64,000 bases of DNA from a virus. Lineage: Duplodnaviria > Caudoviricetes. Within the stretch, counting starts at the first letter, position 1, and the number at the start of each line of letters is the position of its first letter. The notes under the pieces were generated by a model. The model did no database searches, was not told where the DNA came from, and saw nothing but the letters and a program-made list of their open reading frames with translations. The DNA lies in IMG/VR virus record IMGVR_UViG_2974753385_000001, positions 2,185-66,184 of that record, one strand, 5' to 3'. Shown here piece by piece: positions 55,157-62,635 of the stretch. A program made the position numbers and the translations under genes.

Positions 55157-55948
55157 ATGACAACGACACCGTTCAACGTCCGCGAGCTCACCGGCGACGA
55201 TGCCGCGCAGTACCTCGACAACCGGCCGCGTATGCGCGCTTTCCACGTCGACGGCCGCGGAGTGTCGGGACCGTTCACCGCGCAGACGATGCTCACCCCG
55301 TACGGTGCGCCGGTTCATCGTCCGATCGACCCGGCGACCGGGACCAACTCCGACGCGGATCGACCGGTCGCGAGCTATCCCGGTTTCGTGTTCGAGTTTG
55401 GTCCGATGGTCGTCGGTACCTACGTCAACACACACGACGACGCGCAGCGGCACCCGTACCCGTTCACCGTGAACGGCCGCGAGTACCGACGTCTCACCGT
55501 GCGCGCCGACTTCCATCCGATCGACGTCGCCGAGTCGGCCGACTTTTACGGGGTCAAGCGCGCACACTCGGCGAACGGTTACACCCTCGCGCAAGCACGC
55601 ACTCACTGTGAGTACAGCGGCGAAGTGATCGCGTCGCCGGTCCCCGGCACCGACGGTGAAGGACACACCGGTATCTACGTCGTCGACGTGCGTGACTATG
55701 ACGTCACCGACGCGGCACGCCGGACGCTGCGCCGGTTGGTCTCGCACGTCATCGCGACGACGTACCTCGGCGACGCTGACCACCATGACGAGATGCTCGA
55801 CCTCATCGCCCGCGACATCCGCGCCGACATCGTCGTCGCTGATGAGATCTCGACCCGTTGGCAGCGTGAGTCGGCGCGTCTCCAGAACCTCGCCGTTGCT
55901 GCGCGCACCACGGCCGTTCGCAACCCGATTGCGTCGGTGATCGCATGA
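55157..55948 (+). CDS. early-array protein 1, unknown function
   Basis: GAAAGGATC RBS; 1 Lys in 263 aa. Confidence 0.85.
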   Translation: MTTTPFNVRELTGDDAAQYLDNRPRMRAFHVDGRGVSGPFTAQTMLTPYGAPVHRPIDPATGTNSDADRPVASYPGFVFEFGPMVVGTYVNTHDDAQRHPYPFTVNGREYRRLTVRADFHPIDVAESADFYGVKRAHSANGYTLAQARTHCEYSGEVIASPVPGTDGEGHTGIYVVDVRDYDVTDAARRTLRRLVSHVIATTYLGDADHHDEMLDLIARDIRADIVVADEISTRWQRESARLQNLAVAARTTAVRNPIASVIA

Positions 55949-56337
55949 CAACCGCTATCGCGACGCGCGTCGAGTCGGGCCCGCTGCGCGTCGACGTCGA
56001 GCGCGTCGCCGACACCGTCGCCACGCTCACCGCGGCCGGGTATGTCTGGCAAGTGATCACCGACGGCGACGACACCTCCCCGCGGGTGCGCGTCACGTGC
56101 CACGGCCGCAAGGTCTCGCGTCTGTTCGATCGCTGGCAGTACCCGCGCGCGGATGTTTGGCACGCCGTCGGTGTCGCCGGGGTGCGCCTGCTGACGCGCG
56201 CGGACGTCGTCGAGATCGACCACGAACCGGCCGGACCCGGCGCGGCGAGCTACGTCGGCCGACGGCCGTTGCCTGATCACGAACGGCACGCCGTCGAGTC
56301 GGCGACGCGGTTGTACGCCGTGCGAGATCTCGCCTAG
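55945..56337 (+). CDS. early-array protein 2
   Basis: ATGA coupling; 1 Lys. Confidence 0.75.
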   Translation: MTTAIATRVESGPLRVDVERVADTVATLTAAGYVWQVITDGDDTSPRVRVTCHGRKVSRLFDRWQYPRADVWHAVGVAGVRLLTRADVVEIDHEPAGPGAASYVGRRPLPDHERHAVESATRLYAVRDLA

Positions 56338-56341
56338 CTAG

Positions 56342-56425
56342 TTGTCACGATTGACGTCGACGGGTAATGTCGACGGCGCGGCCGCGCAGTCGGCCGCGCA
56401 ACCCTCACCACGAAAGGATCGAAAC
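56342..56425 (+). promoter_or_regulatory. cassette promoter TTGTCA-N17-TAATGT + spacer palindrome + leader hairpin + GAAAGGATCGAAAC RBS
   Basis: -35 at 56342, ATTGACGTCGAC at 56350, -10 at 56365, RBS at 56412. Confidence 0.85.
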
Positions 56426-57181
56426 ATGTTGATCAACACACCCGACGGCGTGACGGCGACCGTCGACGCTCGCACGACATACGCCTACGGTTCGCGCACG
56501 GCGACCGGCACGCTTCGCACGGCGACGGTGACCTACCGCAGCGGGTACGGACACCCGGTGCCGGTCGCGCTCGACGCGATCGCCGGGGACGAATGGACAC
56601 CGTCGGCGCATCCGGCCGCTTGGGATACTCCCCCGACGCACGTCGATACGTGCGAAGTCTCGCGCTACCTCACCCCGGCCGGTGCGCAGCGGGTGCGCAG
56701 CGAGCTACTCAACCGGGCCCGGCGCGCACAATCGGCCGGATGGGACCTCACCCCCGGCCGGATCTACACCGGGGCCCGTGTGACGTCGCTCACCGTGCGG
56801 ACGAACCGTGTGTGTGTCGTGTGGGACCGGCGAGACCTTGTGTGGTGGGAGGACGTATACCTCACCGACGCGCCGGTATACCTCACTCACCGCGACGGGG
56901 TGCGCGAGATCGCCGACGTTCGCGAGTACCTCGACAACCGTCGCGCCTGGATCCACGGCACCGACGACGCCGTCCTGCACGACGCTGACACCGATACCGG
57001 CACCGTGCGTCTGTTCGGTCGGACGGTCGCCGACGTCGTCCGATGCGGCGACTGCGGCCGCGCATGGGATGACGCGCACCCCTCCAGCTCGACCCCGACG
57101 CCCGCGGGCCGGTGCCCTTTTGAGTACGACCACGGTCGACCGGCCGCGCAGCGCGCTTACCCGTTTGGCGGCGAGCTGTGA
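56426..57181 (+). CDS. early-array protein 3 with C-terminal CxxC...C..H motif
   Basis: ATG 56426 after the RBS; CGDCGRAWDD...TP.P.GRCPFEYDH; 0 Lys. Confidence 0.85.
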   Translation: MLINTPDGVTATVDARTTYAYGSRTATGTLRTATVTYRSGYGHPVPVALDAIAGDEWTPSAHPAAWDTPPTHVDTCEVSRYLTPAGAQRVRSELLNRARRAQSAGWDLTPGRIYTGARVTSLTVRTNRVCVVWDRRDLVWWEDVYLTDAPVYLTHRDGVREIADVREYLDNRRAWIHGTDDAVLHDADTDTGTVRLFGRTVADVVRCGDCGRAWDDAHPSSSTPTPAGRCPFEYDHGRPAAQRAYPFGGEL

Positions 57182-57633
57182 GCGCGCCGGGTGCGCGTCT
57201 CGCGCAGCGTCTCACCGCGGCCGGATACCGACGCGCCGACGCGGCCGCATGGTCGGCCGACGGCGAGGTGTGGGAGACCGTCGCTAGTAGTCGATACGGG
57301 TACGCGATCACTACGCGCGTCGAGATCTCGCGAGACCGACGCGGCCGGGTGACGCGCGCGGCATATATCGACGGCGACGGCCGTCGATACCCGTTCGGGC
57401 CCCGGCGCGTCGTCGGCGAGCTGCTCGACTATCTCGCCGGGGTGCGGTTCGACGTCGCGACGTGGAACGGCGCATATCCGACGTTCGGTGTCGCGTATGG
57501 TCCGGCGAGCGTGACGACCGTCGCGACGCGCCGACATGCGCGCGCGTTGCGCGAGACTCGCGCAGCGAACGGCGACCAAGTCACCTTGCGCCGGGTCGAT
57601 CCGGCCGGATACCGGGCCCGCGTCACGCCGTGA
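57178..57633 (+). CDS. early-array protein 4
   Basis: GTGA coupling; 0 Lys. Confidence 0.75.
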   Translation: MSAPGARLAQRLTAAGYRRADAAAWSADGEVWETVASSRYGYAITTRVEISRDRRGRVTRAAYIDGDGRRYPFGPRRVVGELLDYLAGVRFDVATWNGAYPTFGVAYGPASVTTVATRRHARALRETRAANGDQVTLRRVDPAGYRARVTP

Positions 57634-57634
57634 C

Positions 57635-57707
57635 TTGTCACGGTTAACGTCATCCCGTAACGTATGCCTCACCGGGCCCGGCGGGCCCCACACGAAAGGA
57701 TCGAACC
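57635..57707 (+). promoter_or_regulatory. cassette promoter TTGTCA-N17-TAACGT + hairpin + RBS
   Basis: -35 at 57635, GTTAACGTCATC at 57643, -10 at 57658, RBS at 57694. Confidence 0.88.
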
Positions 57708-58481
57708 ATGACAACTCTCACCCCCGCGCAGATCGCCCGCATGACGGCAATGGGCACCCCCGCGCACCGTGAGCATCTCGGCGGCGACTGGACAGTCACC
57801 GACACCGTGCGAAGCGCGCACGTTCTCGCGGCCGTCGTCGCTAACGATGACTTCCACGGCGCGCTATCCAACGTCATCCGCGGCGCGGGTGCGCGTATCT
57901 GGGAAAACCTCGAATACGTCGGTGCCGACGACGTCGACCGGTTCGCTGCGCACGTGGAAGGATCGACCCGCTACGGCACCGACGCGGCCGACCGGGCCCG
58001 GATCGTCGGCGAACTGCGCGCGATCGCCGACTACATGCGCGAGTACGTCGACCCGTTCGCACCCGACCGTTGTGTGGTGTGCGGTGACGTCGTCGACTAC
58101 TGCCAGGGTCACGGGTCGATCGGTGACCCCGACGGCGCGGCCGTACTGCGCGCACACGACGACGAGGACCACACCCGGTGCCACCCGGCCGGGTGCGACG
58201 ACGCGCAGCGCGCGGCCGACGCGGCCGACGCGGCCGCACACAACCGCGGGGCCCGGCACACCCGCGGCGATCACACGGCGTGCTCTCCGTCGCTCTGCGA
58301 CGCGGCACACGCGGCCGCTGCGCGCCGGTACGTCGTGACCGGCGACCGGCGTGGGACCTACTTCGACGGGGTGCGCGCAACCTACGCGCGCAACGTCGCC
58401 GCGGCCGACGTCGACGCGACGGTGACCGCTGCGCAGCGCGCCGGTTGGTCGAACGTCGTCGCGACCGTCGAGAGTTTCTGA
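57708..58481 (+). CDS. early-array protein 5, Cys/His-rich metal-binding-like
   Basis: CVVC, CQGH, two H...DH..C.P..C repeats; 0 Lys. Confidence 0.85.
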   Translation: MTTLTPAQIARMTAMGTPAHREHLGGDWTVTDTVRSAHVLAAVVANDDFHGALSNVIRGAGARIWENLEYVGADDVDRFAAHVEGSTRYGTDAADRARIVGELRAIADYMREYVDPFAPDRCVVCGDVVDYCQGHGSIGDPDGAAVLRAHDDEDHTRCHPAGCDDAQRAADAADAAAHNRGARHTRGDHTACSPSLCDAAHAAAARRYVVTGDRRGTYFDGVRATYARNVAAADVDATVTAAQRAGWSNVVATVESF

Positions 58482-58498
58482 CACACCCCTCACCCCTC

Positions 58499-58528
58499 GC
58501 GGCCGGGTGCCGGGTGGCACCCGGCCGC
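58499..58528 (+). terminator. 13-bp perfect-stem hairpin between array genes
   Basis: GCGGCCGGGTGCC-GGGT-GGCACCCGGCCGC, directly before the RBS at 58536. Confidence 0.6.
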
Positions 58529-58549
58529 ACCCCTCGAAAGGATCGAATC

Positions 58550-59119
58550 ATGCGGATACACACAACTCTCACCGTCGCCGACGTCCGCGAGTGTCTCGCC
58601 GCGGTTAACGCGCTGACGGCCGAGATCTCGACGGACGTCGCTCCGCGCAGCGCGCGCGAGGATTACCGGCCGCACACCGTCACCCCGGCGCGGTTCGACG
58701 CTCTCGACGTCCACGGTTCGCGCACGCACCCCCGCGGGTTAGAGGTGAAACTCACCGGCGACGCAACGAACCGGCCGAACAGCGGGGCCCGCGGGGGCCG
58801 TTGGGGGAGTGACGAATACGCGGCGAGCTATGACCAATGGGGATTGTTCCTTGCTGAGATCTACGCGCGCGATGAGTCGGCGCGGGTGCCGCTGATCTAT
58901 CACAACGGCGACCATTTCCATTGGGCAACCGGCGACCGGTACCGGCGCGAGATCTGGACACCGTCGGACTATCACCGTCGGCACAAGTGGGAGGGTCATG
59001 GCACCGCGGCGACCGGTTCGTACTACGTCAGCGGGTGCGCGGCCGACGATTGCTCGGCGATCACGCGTCGCGTTGCGTACGGCCGCACGTGGGCTGAGAT
59101 CTCGGGGTGCGTGCTGTGA
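58550..59119 (+). CDS. early-array protein 6
   Basis: GAAAGGATCGAATC-ATG at 58536-58552. Confidence 0.85.
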   Translation: MRIHTTLTVADVRECLAAVNALTAEISTDVAPRSAREDYRPHTVTPARFDALDVHGSRTHPRGLEVKLTGDATNRPNSGARGGRWGSDEYAASYDQWGLFLAEIYARDESARVPLIYHNGDHFHWATGDRYRREIWTPSDYHRRHKWEGHGTAATGSYYVSGCAADDCSAITRRVAYGRTWAEISGCVL

Positions 59120-59280
59120 ACGTCCGCGAACGGCGCGCGCTGCGCGAGATCACCGCGGCCGCGCTGCGCGGCGTGGTCGCTATCCCGATCGACTCCCCCG
59201 CTTATTGGCAAGCTCTCGACGCCCTGCACACTGCGCGCGCTCACCGGCGCGCGCTCACCTCGAAAGGATCGACCAAATGA
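59116..59280 (+). CDS. early-array protein 7 (54 aa, below cutoff)
   Basis: MNVRERRALREITAAALRGVVAIP...; coupled at both ends. Confidence 0.6.
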   Translation: MNVRERRALREITAAALRGVVAIPIDSPAYWQALDALHTARAHRRALTSKGSTK

Positions 59281-59837
59281 CCAACCTCACCCCCGGCGAC
59301 GGTGTCGAGATCGACGACGCGACCGGCGAGATCTCCGACGCGCTGCGCGCAGCTTTCCCCGACACCGACGCGGCCGACGTCGTCGAGAACCTCGCCGCGA
59401 TGAGTCACGGGTACCTACTCTCGCTTCTCTGGACACAACGAACCGGCGACGGCGACGACCTCGACGACACGACGCTTCTCGACGCCGGTTACACCGTCGA
59501 CGACGTCGACGCGGCGACGCGCGAACGGGTCACCCGCGAGCTGCGCGACGTCGTCGAGACGCACCCGCTCGCCGTTCGTATGTACGGCGAGCAGCGGCGA
59601 CACAACGCGGCCGACGGTTCGGTGTGGGAACACTTCGGACATGACTTTTTGCTCACTCGCGATCGTCACGGCGCGGGATTCTGGGACCGCGGTCTAGGCG
59701 CGCTCGGCGACTACCTCACCGCGGTCGCCTACGGGTACGGCGAACACGATGAGCTGTTCACCCTCGACGGGGTGACGCTCACCGACGGCGAGGGCCCGGC
59801 CGCGCTCACCCTCACAGAACAGGACCCGGAAAAATGA
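59277..59837 (+). CDS. early-array protein 8, acidic, GHDFLLTRDRHGAGFWDRG motif
   Basis: RBS at 59262; ATG 59277. Confidence 0.85.
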   Translation: MTNLTPGDGVEIDDATGEISDALRAAFPDTDAADVVENLAAMSHGYLLSLLWTQRTGDGDDLDDTTLLDAGYTVDDVDAATRERVTRELRDVVETHPLAVRMYGEQRRHNAADGSVWEHFGHDFLLTRDRHGAGFWDRGLGALGDYLTAVAYGYGEHDELFTLDGVTLTDGEGPAALTLTEQDPEK

Positions 59838-60241
59838 CACTCGACACCCCTACTCCCGGCGCGCACCGGCGCAGCGACCCTTATCGCCGCGCAGATGGAC
59901 AACTCACCGCGTACGCGCTCGGGTGCGGGTACTGCCAGACGTTCGCGGTCGACGGCGCGACCGACTACTACGGGACGACGGCCGACGCTGTCACGCTGCG
60001 CCGTGATGGTTGTTATCACGTCCACGTGCGCGCCGGATCGCTCACTCATGACGAGCGCGGCGCCGCGCGCCGGGTCGACGGCGACCGGGTCGATTGGTAC
60101 ACGTTCGACGATCTCGCCGACGCTCGCCGGTTCTACGCTCGCGTACGTCGTGCGCTGCGCACCGGCGCACCCCTCACCCTCGACGCGCTGCGGAAACTCG
60201 CGCGGCCGGTCGACTTGTCACGGTTAACGTCAATCGGGTAA
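59834..60241 (+). CDS. early-array protein 9 (GQLTAYALGCGY motif)
   Basis: ATGA coupling; ends in the next promoter. Confidence 0.8.
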   Translation: MTLDTPTPGAHRRSDPYRRADGQLTAYALGCGYCQTFAVDGATDYYGTTADAVTLRRDGCYHVHVRAGSLTHDERGAARRVDGDRVDWYTFDDLADARRFYARVRRALRTGAPLTLDALRKLARPVDLSRLTSIG

Positions 60242-60291
60242 CGTCGTCGACACCGGGCCCGCACGGGGCCCGCAACCGAAAGGATCGAATC
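60215..60291 (+). promoter_or_regulatory. cassette promoter TTGTCA-N18-TAACGT + hairpin + RBS
   Basis: -35 at 60215, GTTAACGTCAAT at 60223, -10 at 60239, RBS at 60278. Confidence 0.88.
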
Positions 60292-60537
60292 ATGTCGAAC
60301 GTCACCCCTATCGCGGCCGTTGCAACCCTGCGCGTCGTCGACGTCGAGACCGGTGGTTACCGTTCGCGGTTCTCGTTCGCGAGTTTGTCGGCCGCGCTGA
60401 TGACGCTGCGCGAGCAGTACGGCCCCGGCGAAGCGGACGTACTCGACAACGCCACCGGCGAGGTCTATGACGTCGTGGCCGATGACGACGTCGACGCGCT
60501 CGACTGGACACCCCCGGCCGCGCCGGTCGCGCTCTGA
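60292..60537 (+). CDS. early-array protein 10 (81 aa, acidic)
   Basis: ATG 60292 after the RBS; 0 Lys. Confidence 0.85.
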   Translation: MSNVTPIAAVATLRVVDVETGGYRSRFSFASLSAALMTLREQYGPGEADVLDNATGEVYDVVADDDVDALDWTPPAAPVAL

Positions 60538-60542
60538 CACCG

Positions 60543-60575
60543 ACGGCCGGGCCCACACCGGGCCCGGCCGTTTTC
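60543..60575 (+). terminator. intrinsic terminator
   Basis: ACGGCCGGGCCC-ACACC-GGGCCCGGCCGT then TTTCCTT. Confidence 0.7.
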
Positions 60576-60605
60576 CTTCCCCTCCCCTCGAAAGGATCGA
60601 CCCCG

Positions 60606-61301
60606 ATGGACCTGCACACCCTCGACGGCCGCGCAGTCGGCCGCGCAACCCTCACCCCCGGCGAACTATCGGCGATAGCGCGAGAGGCCGCAACGCATAT
60701 CGGCGCAACGATCGACGCGCGCACCCGTGAGTTGATCGACGCGCAGCGCGCAGCGATCGCCGAGCGGGCCCGGCCGAGCGTCGACCCGGTCGACGGTGGC
60801 ACCGACGGCGCGGCACCCTCGCGCCGTCGCCGTTGGTGGCCGTGGGTTGCGGGTGTGCTGCTCGCGCTCGCGTTGATCGGCGCAGTCGCCGACGGCGACG
60901 ACGACGCACCGGCACCCGCGGCCGACGTCGTGCCGATCGGTGCGCCGACGGTCTCCCCGCAACCGGCCGACGCACCCCGCACGGTCCCGGCCGATGACGG
61001 TTCGATCATGGTCGGTGGCGTCGTGGTGGATAACGTGTTCGACGACGGTTCACCGCTGCGCTCGCGGTTTGCGGGTGTGCTCACCGCATACGGGGTGAGC
61101 GGCACTACCGGCCGATCGCTCGACGCGAACCTTTCCGACGGCGTGACGTTCTGCCAGAACCTCGCGATCGGCGACGCTCTCGCGCAGCGGCACACGGCCG
61201 TTGTCACCGGCACGGCCGACCGGTCGGCCGCATACGGTATCGGGAAACAACGGCGCGCGATTGTCACCGCAGCCCTCTCGACCCTCTGCCCTGCTCTCTA
61301 A
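60606..61301 (+). CDS. early-array protein 11: single-TM membrane protein with DUF732-like two-Cys C-terminal domain
   Basis: RRRRWWPWVAGVLLALALIGAVA TM; DGVTFCQNL..G...AALSTLCP. Confidence 0.75.
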   Translation: MDLHTLDGRAVGRATLTPGELSAIAREAATHIGATIDARTRELIDAQRAAIAERARPSVDPVDGGTDGAAPSRRRRWWPWVAGVLLALALIGAVADGDDDAPAPAADVVPIGAPTVSPQPADAPRTVPADDGSIMVGGVVVDNVFDDGSPLRSRFAGVLTAYGVSGTTGRSLDANLSDGVTFCQNLAIGDALAQRHTAVVTGTADRSAAYGIGKQRRAIVTAALSTLCPAL

Positions 61302-61328
61302 ACCCTCACTCACGTAAAGGATCTCGAC

Positions 61329-61850
61329 ATGCACACCTCACCGAACGGCACCCGTTACCTCACCCTCGACGACGTCACCGCGGTTCTGCCCAACGGCGAC
61401 GCACCCCGGCCGCGCAGCGCGAGCGGGTACGGCGAAATAGCCACGGCGCACCGGGTGCGCTGCGCCGTCGGCGACGACGCGCGGATACTCACCCGGCGCG
61501 TTTACGTTCTGGCCTATGGCAACTCTGGTAGTCCGTTCGTCTACGGCACGGTGTCCGGCGAGCGTCAGCGGTTCTACCTCGACACCGTCACCGAACACAC
61601 GGTGCAAGATCTCGCCGCGGCCGGTGTCACCTGGGCCCCGATTACCAACCTCGACGTGCGCAACGCGCGAGACCTCGACGCTCTCGCCGGGGGTGTCCAC
61701 GGTGGCGGGTACGCGCAGCGGTTGCGCTTCGACGGGTCACCGCGGGGGCCGCTGTGTGTCCACACGACGTCGCGGCCGGACGACCGCGGCCGACCGACGC
61801 GCGAGGGTCGACTCTTCATCGCTCGCCGCGCGTACGACGTCGGCGCGTAG
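61329..61850 (+). CDS. early-array protein 12
   Basis: RBS TAAAGGATC at 61315; GYG.I.T...RRVY..AYGNSGS; 0 Lys. Confidence 0.85.
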   Translation: MHTSPNGTRYLTLDDVTAVLPNGDAPRPRSASGYGEIATAHRVRCAVGDDARILTRRVYVLAYGNSGSPFVYGTVSGERQRFYLDTVTEHTVQDLAAAGVTWAPITNLDVRNARDLDALAGGVHGGGYAQRLRFDGSPRGPLCVHTTSRPDDRGRPTREGRLFIARRAYDVGA

Positions 61851-61859
61851 CTCACCCCG

Positions 61860-61891
61860 TAGGGCCCGGCGCGAGATCTCGCCGGGCCCTA
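61860..61891 (+). terminator. 12-bp stem hairpin enclosing the GAGATCTC palindrome
   Basis: TAGGGCCCGGCG / CGCCGGGCCCTA. Confidence 0.6.
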
Positions 61892-61892
61892 C

Positions 61893-61967
61893 TTGTGCCG
61901 GTTGGTGTCAACGGGTAACGTCGGTGCCAGCGGGTGAGAGGCACCCGCCCCACGAAAGGATCGACCC
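61893..61967 (+). promoter_or_regulatory. cassette promoter TTGTGC-N17-TAACGT + hairpin + RBS
   Basis: GTTGGTGTCAAC at 61901, -10 at 61916, RBS at 61954, ATG 61968. Confidence 0.75.
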
Positions 61968-62132
61968 ATGCCCTACCGAGCACAGAACCGAAACATGATC
62001 GCCGCTGTAAGGCACCCCGGTCACACGGCCGGGGTGCCTTGCTGTCTGCCTACTTGTCACGGTCGACGTCATCGCGTAACGTCGGTGTCGGCGCGGCACA
62101 CGGCCGCGCACGTCGAAAGGATCGAACCATGA
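61968..62132 (+). CDS. possible 54-aa ORF or vestigial cassette gene
   Basis: Perfect RBS and ATG, but the frame runs through a 12-bp hairpin (62009-62040) and the next promoter. Confidence 0.3.
   Translation: MPYRAQNRNMIAAVRHPGHTAGVPCCLPTCHGRRHRVTSVSARHTAAHVERIEP
62054..62128 (+). promoter_or_regulatory. cassette promoter TTGTCA-N17-TAACGT + hairpin + RBS
   Basis: -35 at 62054, GTCGACGTCATC at 62062, -10 at 62077, RBS at 62115. Confidence 0.88.
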
Positions 62133-62563
62133 CACACACCCTCACCCCCGGCACCGTCGCTACCGTCGTCGAGTCGCGCGAGCTGCGCGATCACGTCGTG
62201 CGCGTTGTCAGCGTCGACGTCGATAACGAGATCGCGCATGTCGAGATCGACCGGCCGACCGTCGCGCCGGGTCTGCTCACCGTCGCCGTGCGGTTTGCTG
62301 ATCTGGTCCCGGTGACCGGGTCGACCAAGATCACGAAACTCACCGCGGCGAACGTCCGCGCGTTGCGAGAGGCTGTCCAGCACGGTTTCCTATCCGGCGT
62401 CGAGACCGGCGAGACCGTTGCGACGTTCGTCGGCTCCCCGGCCGACGCGCTCGCGCGCGTCGACGCTGCGCGCGAGGGTCTCGCGGGTCTGTTCGGCACC
62501 CGCGGCCACCCGGTCGCGTCGATTCCGGCCGTGCGCCGTAAGTTGATCGCGGCCGGTCGCTGA
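62129..62563 (+). CDS. early-array protein 13
   Basis: ATG 62129 after GAAAGGATCGAACC. Confidence 0.85.
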   Translation: MTHTLTPGTVATVVESRELRDHVVRVVSVDVDNEIAHVEIDRPTVAPGLLTVAVRFADLVPVTGSTKITKLTAANVRALREAVQHGFLSGVETGETVATFVGSPADALARVDAAREGLAGLFGTRGHPVASIPAVRRKLIAAGR

Positions 62564-62570
62564 TCTCACC

Positions 62571-62608
62571 CGGCCGGGCCCGCGCGAGTAGCGGGCCCGG
62601 CCGTTCTG
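62571..62608 (+). terminator. intrinsic terminator-like hairpin
   Basis: CGGCCGGGCCCGC / GCGGGCCCGGCCG then TTCTG. Confidence 0.65.
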
Positions 62609-62635
62609 TATCCCACACACACAAAGGATGAACCG

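Noticed and set aside
54952-55611. Track ORFs spanning the 54.5-55.1 kb intergenic region
   Set aside because: They overlap repeats, SOS boxes and promoters and lack an RBS; the real gene starts at 55157.
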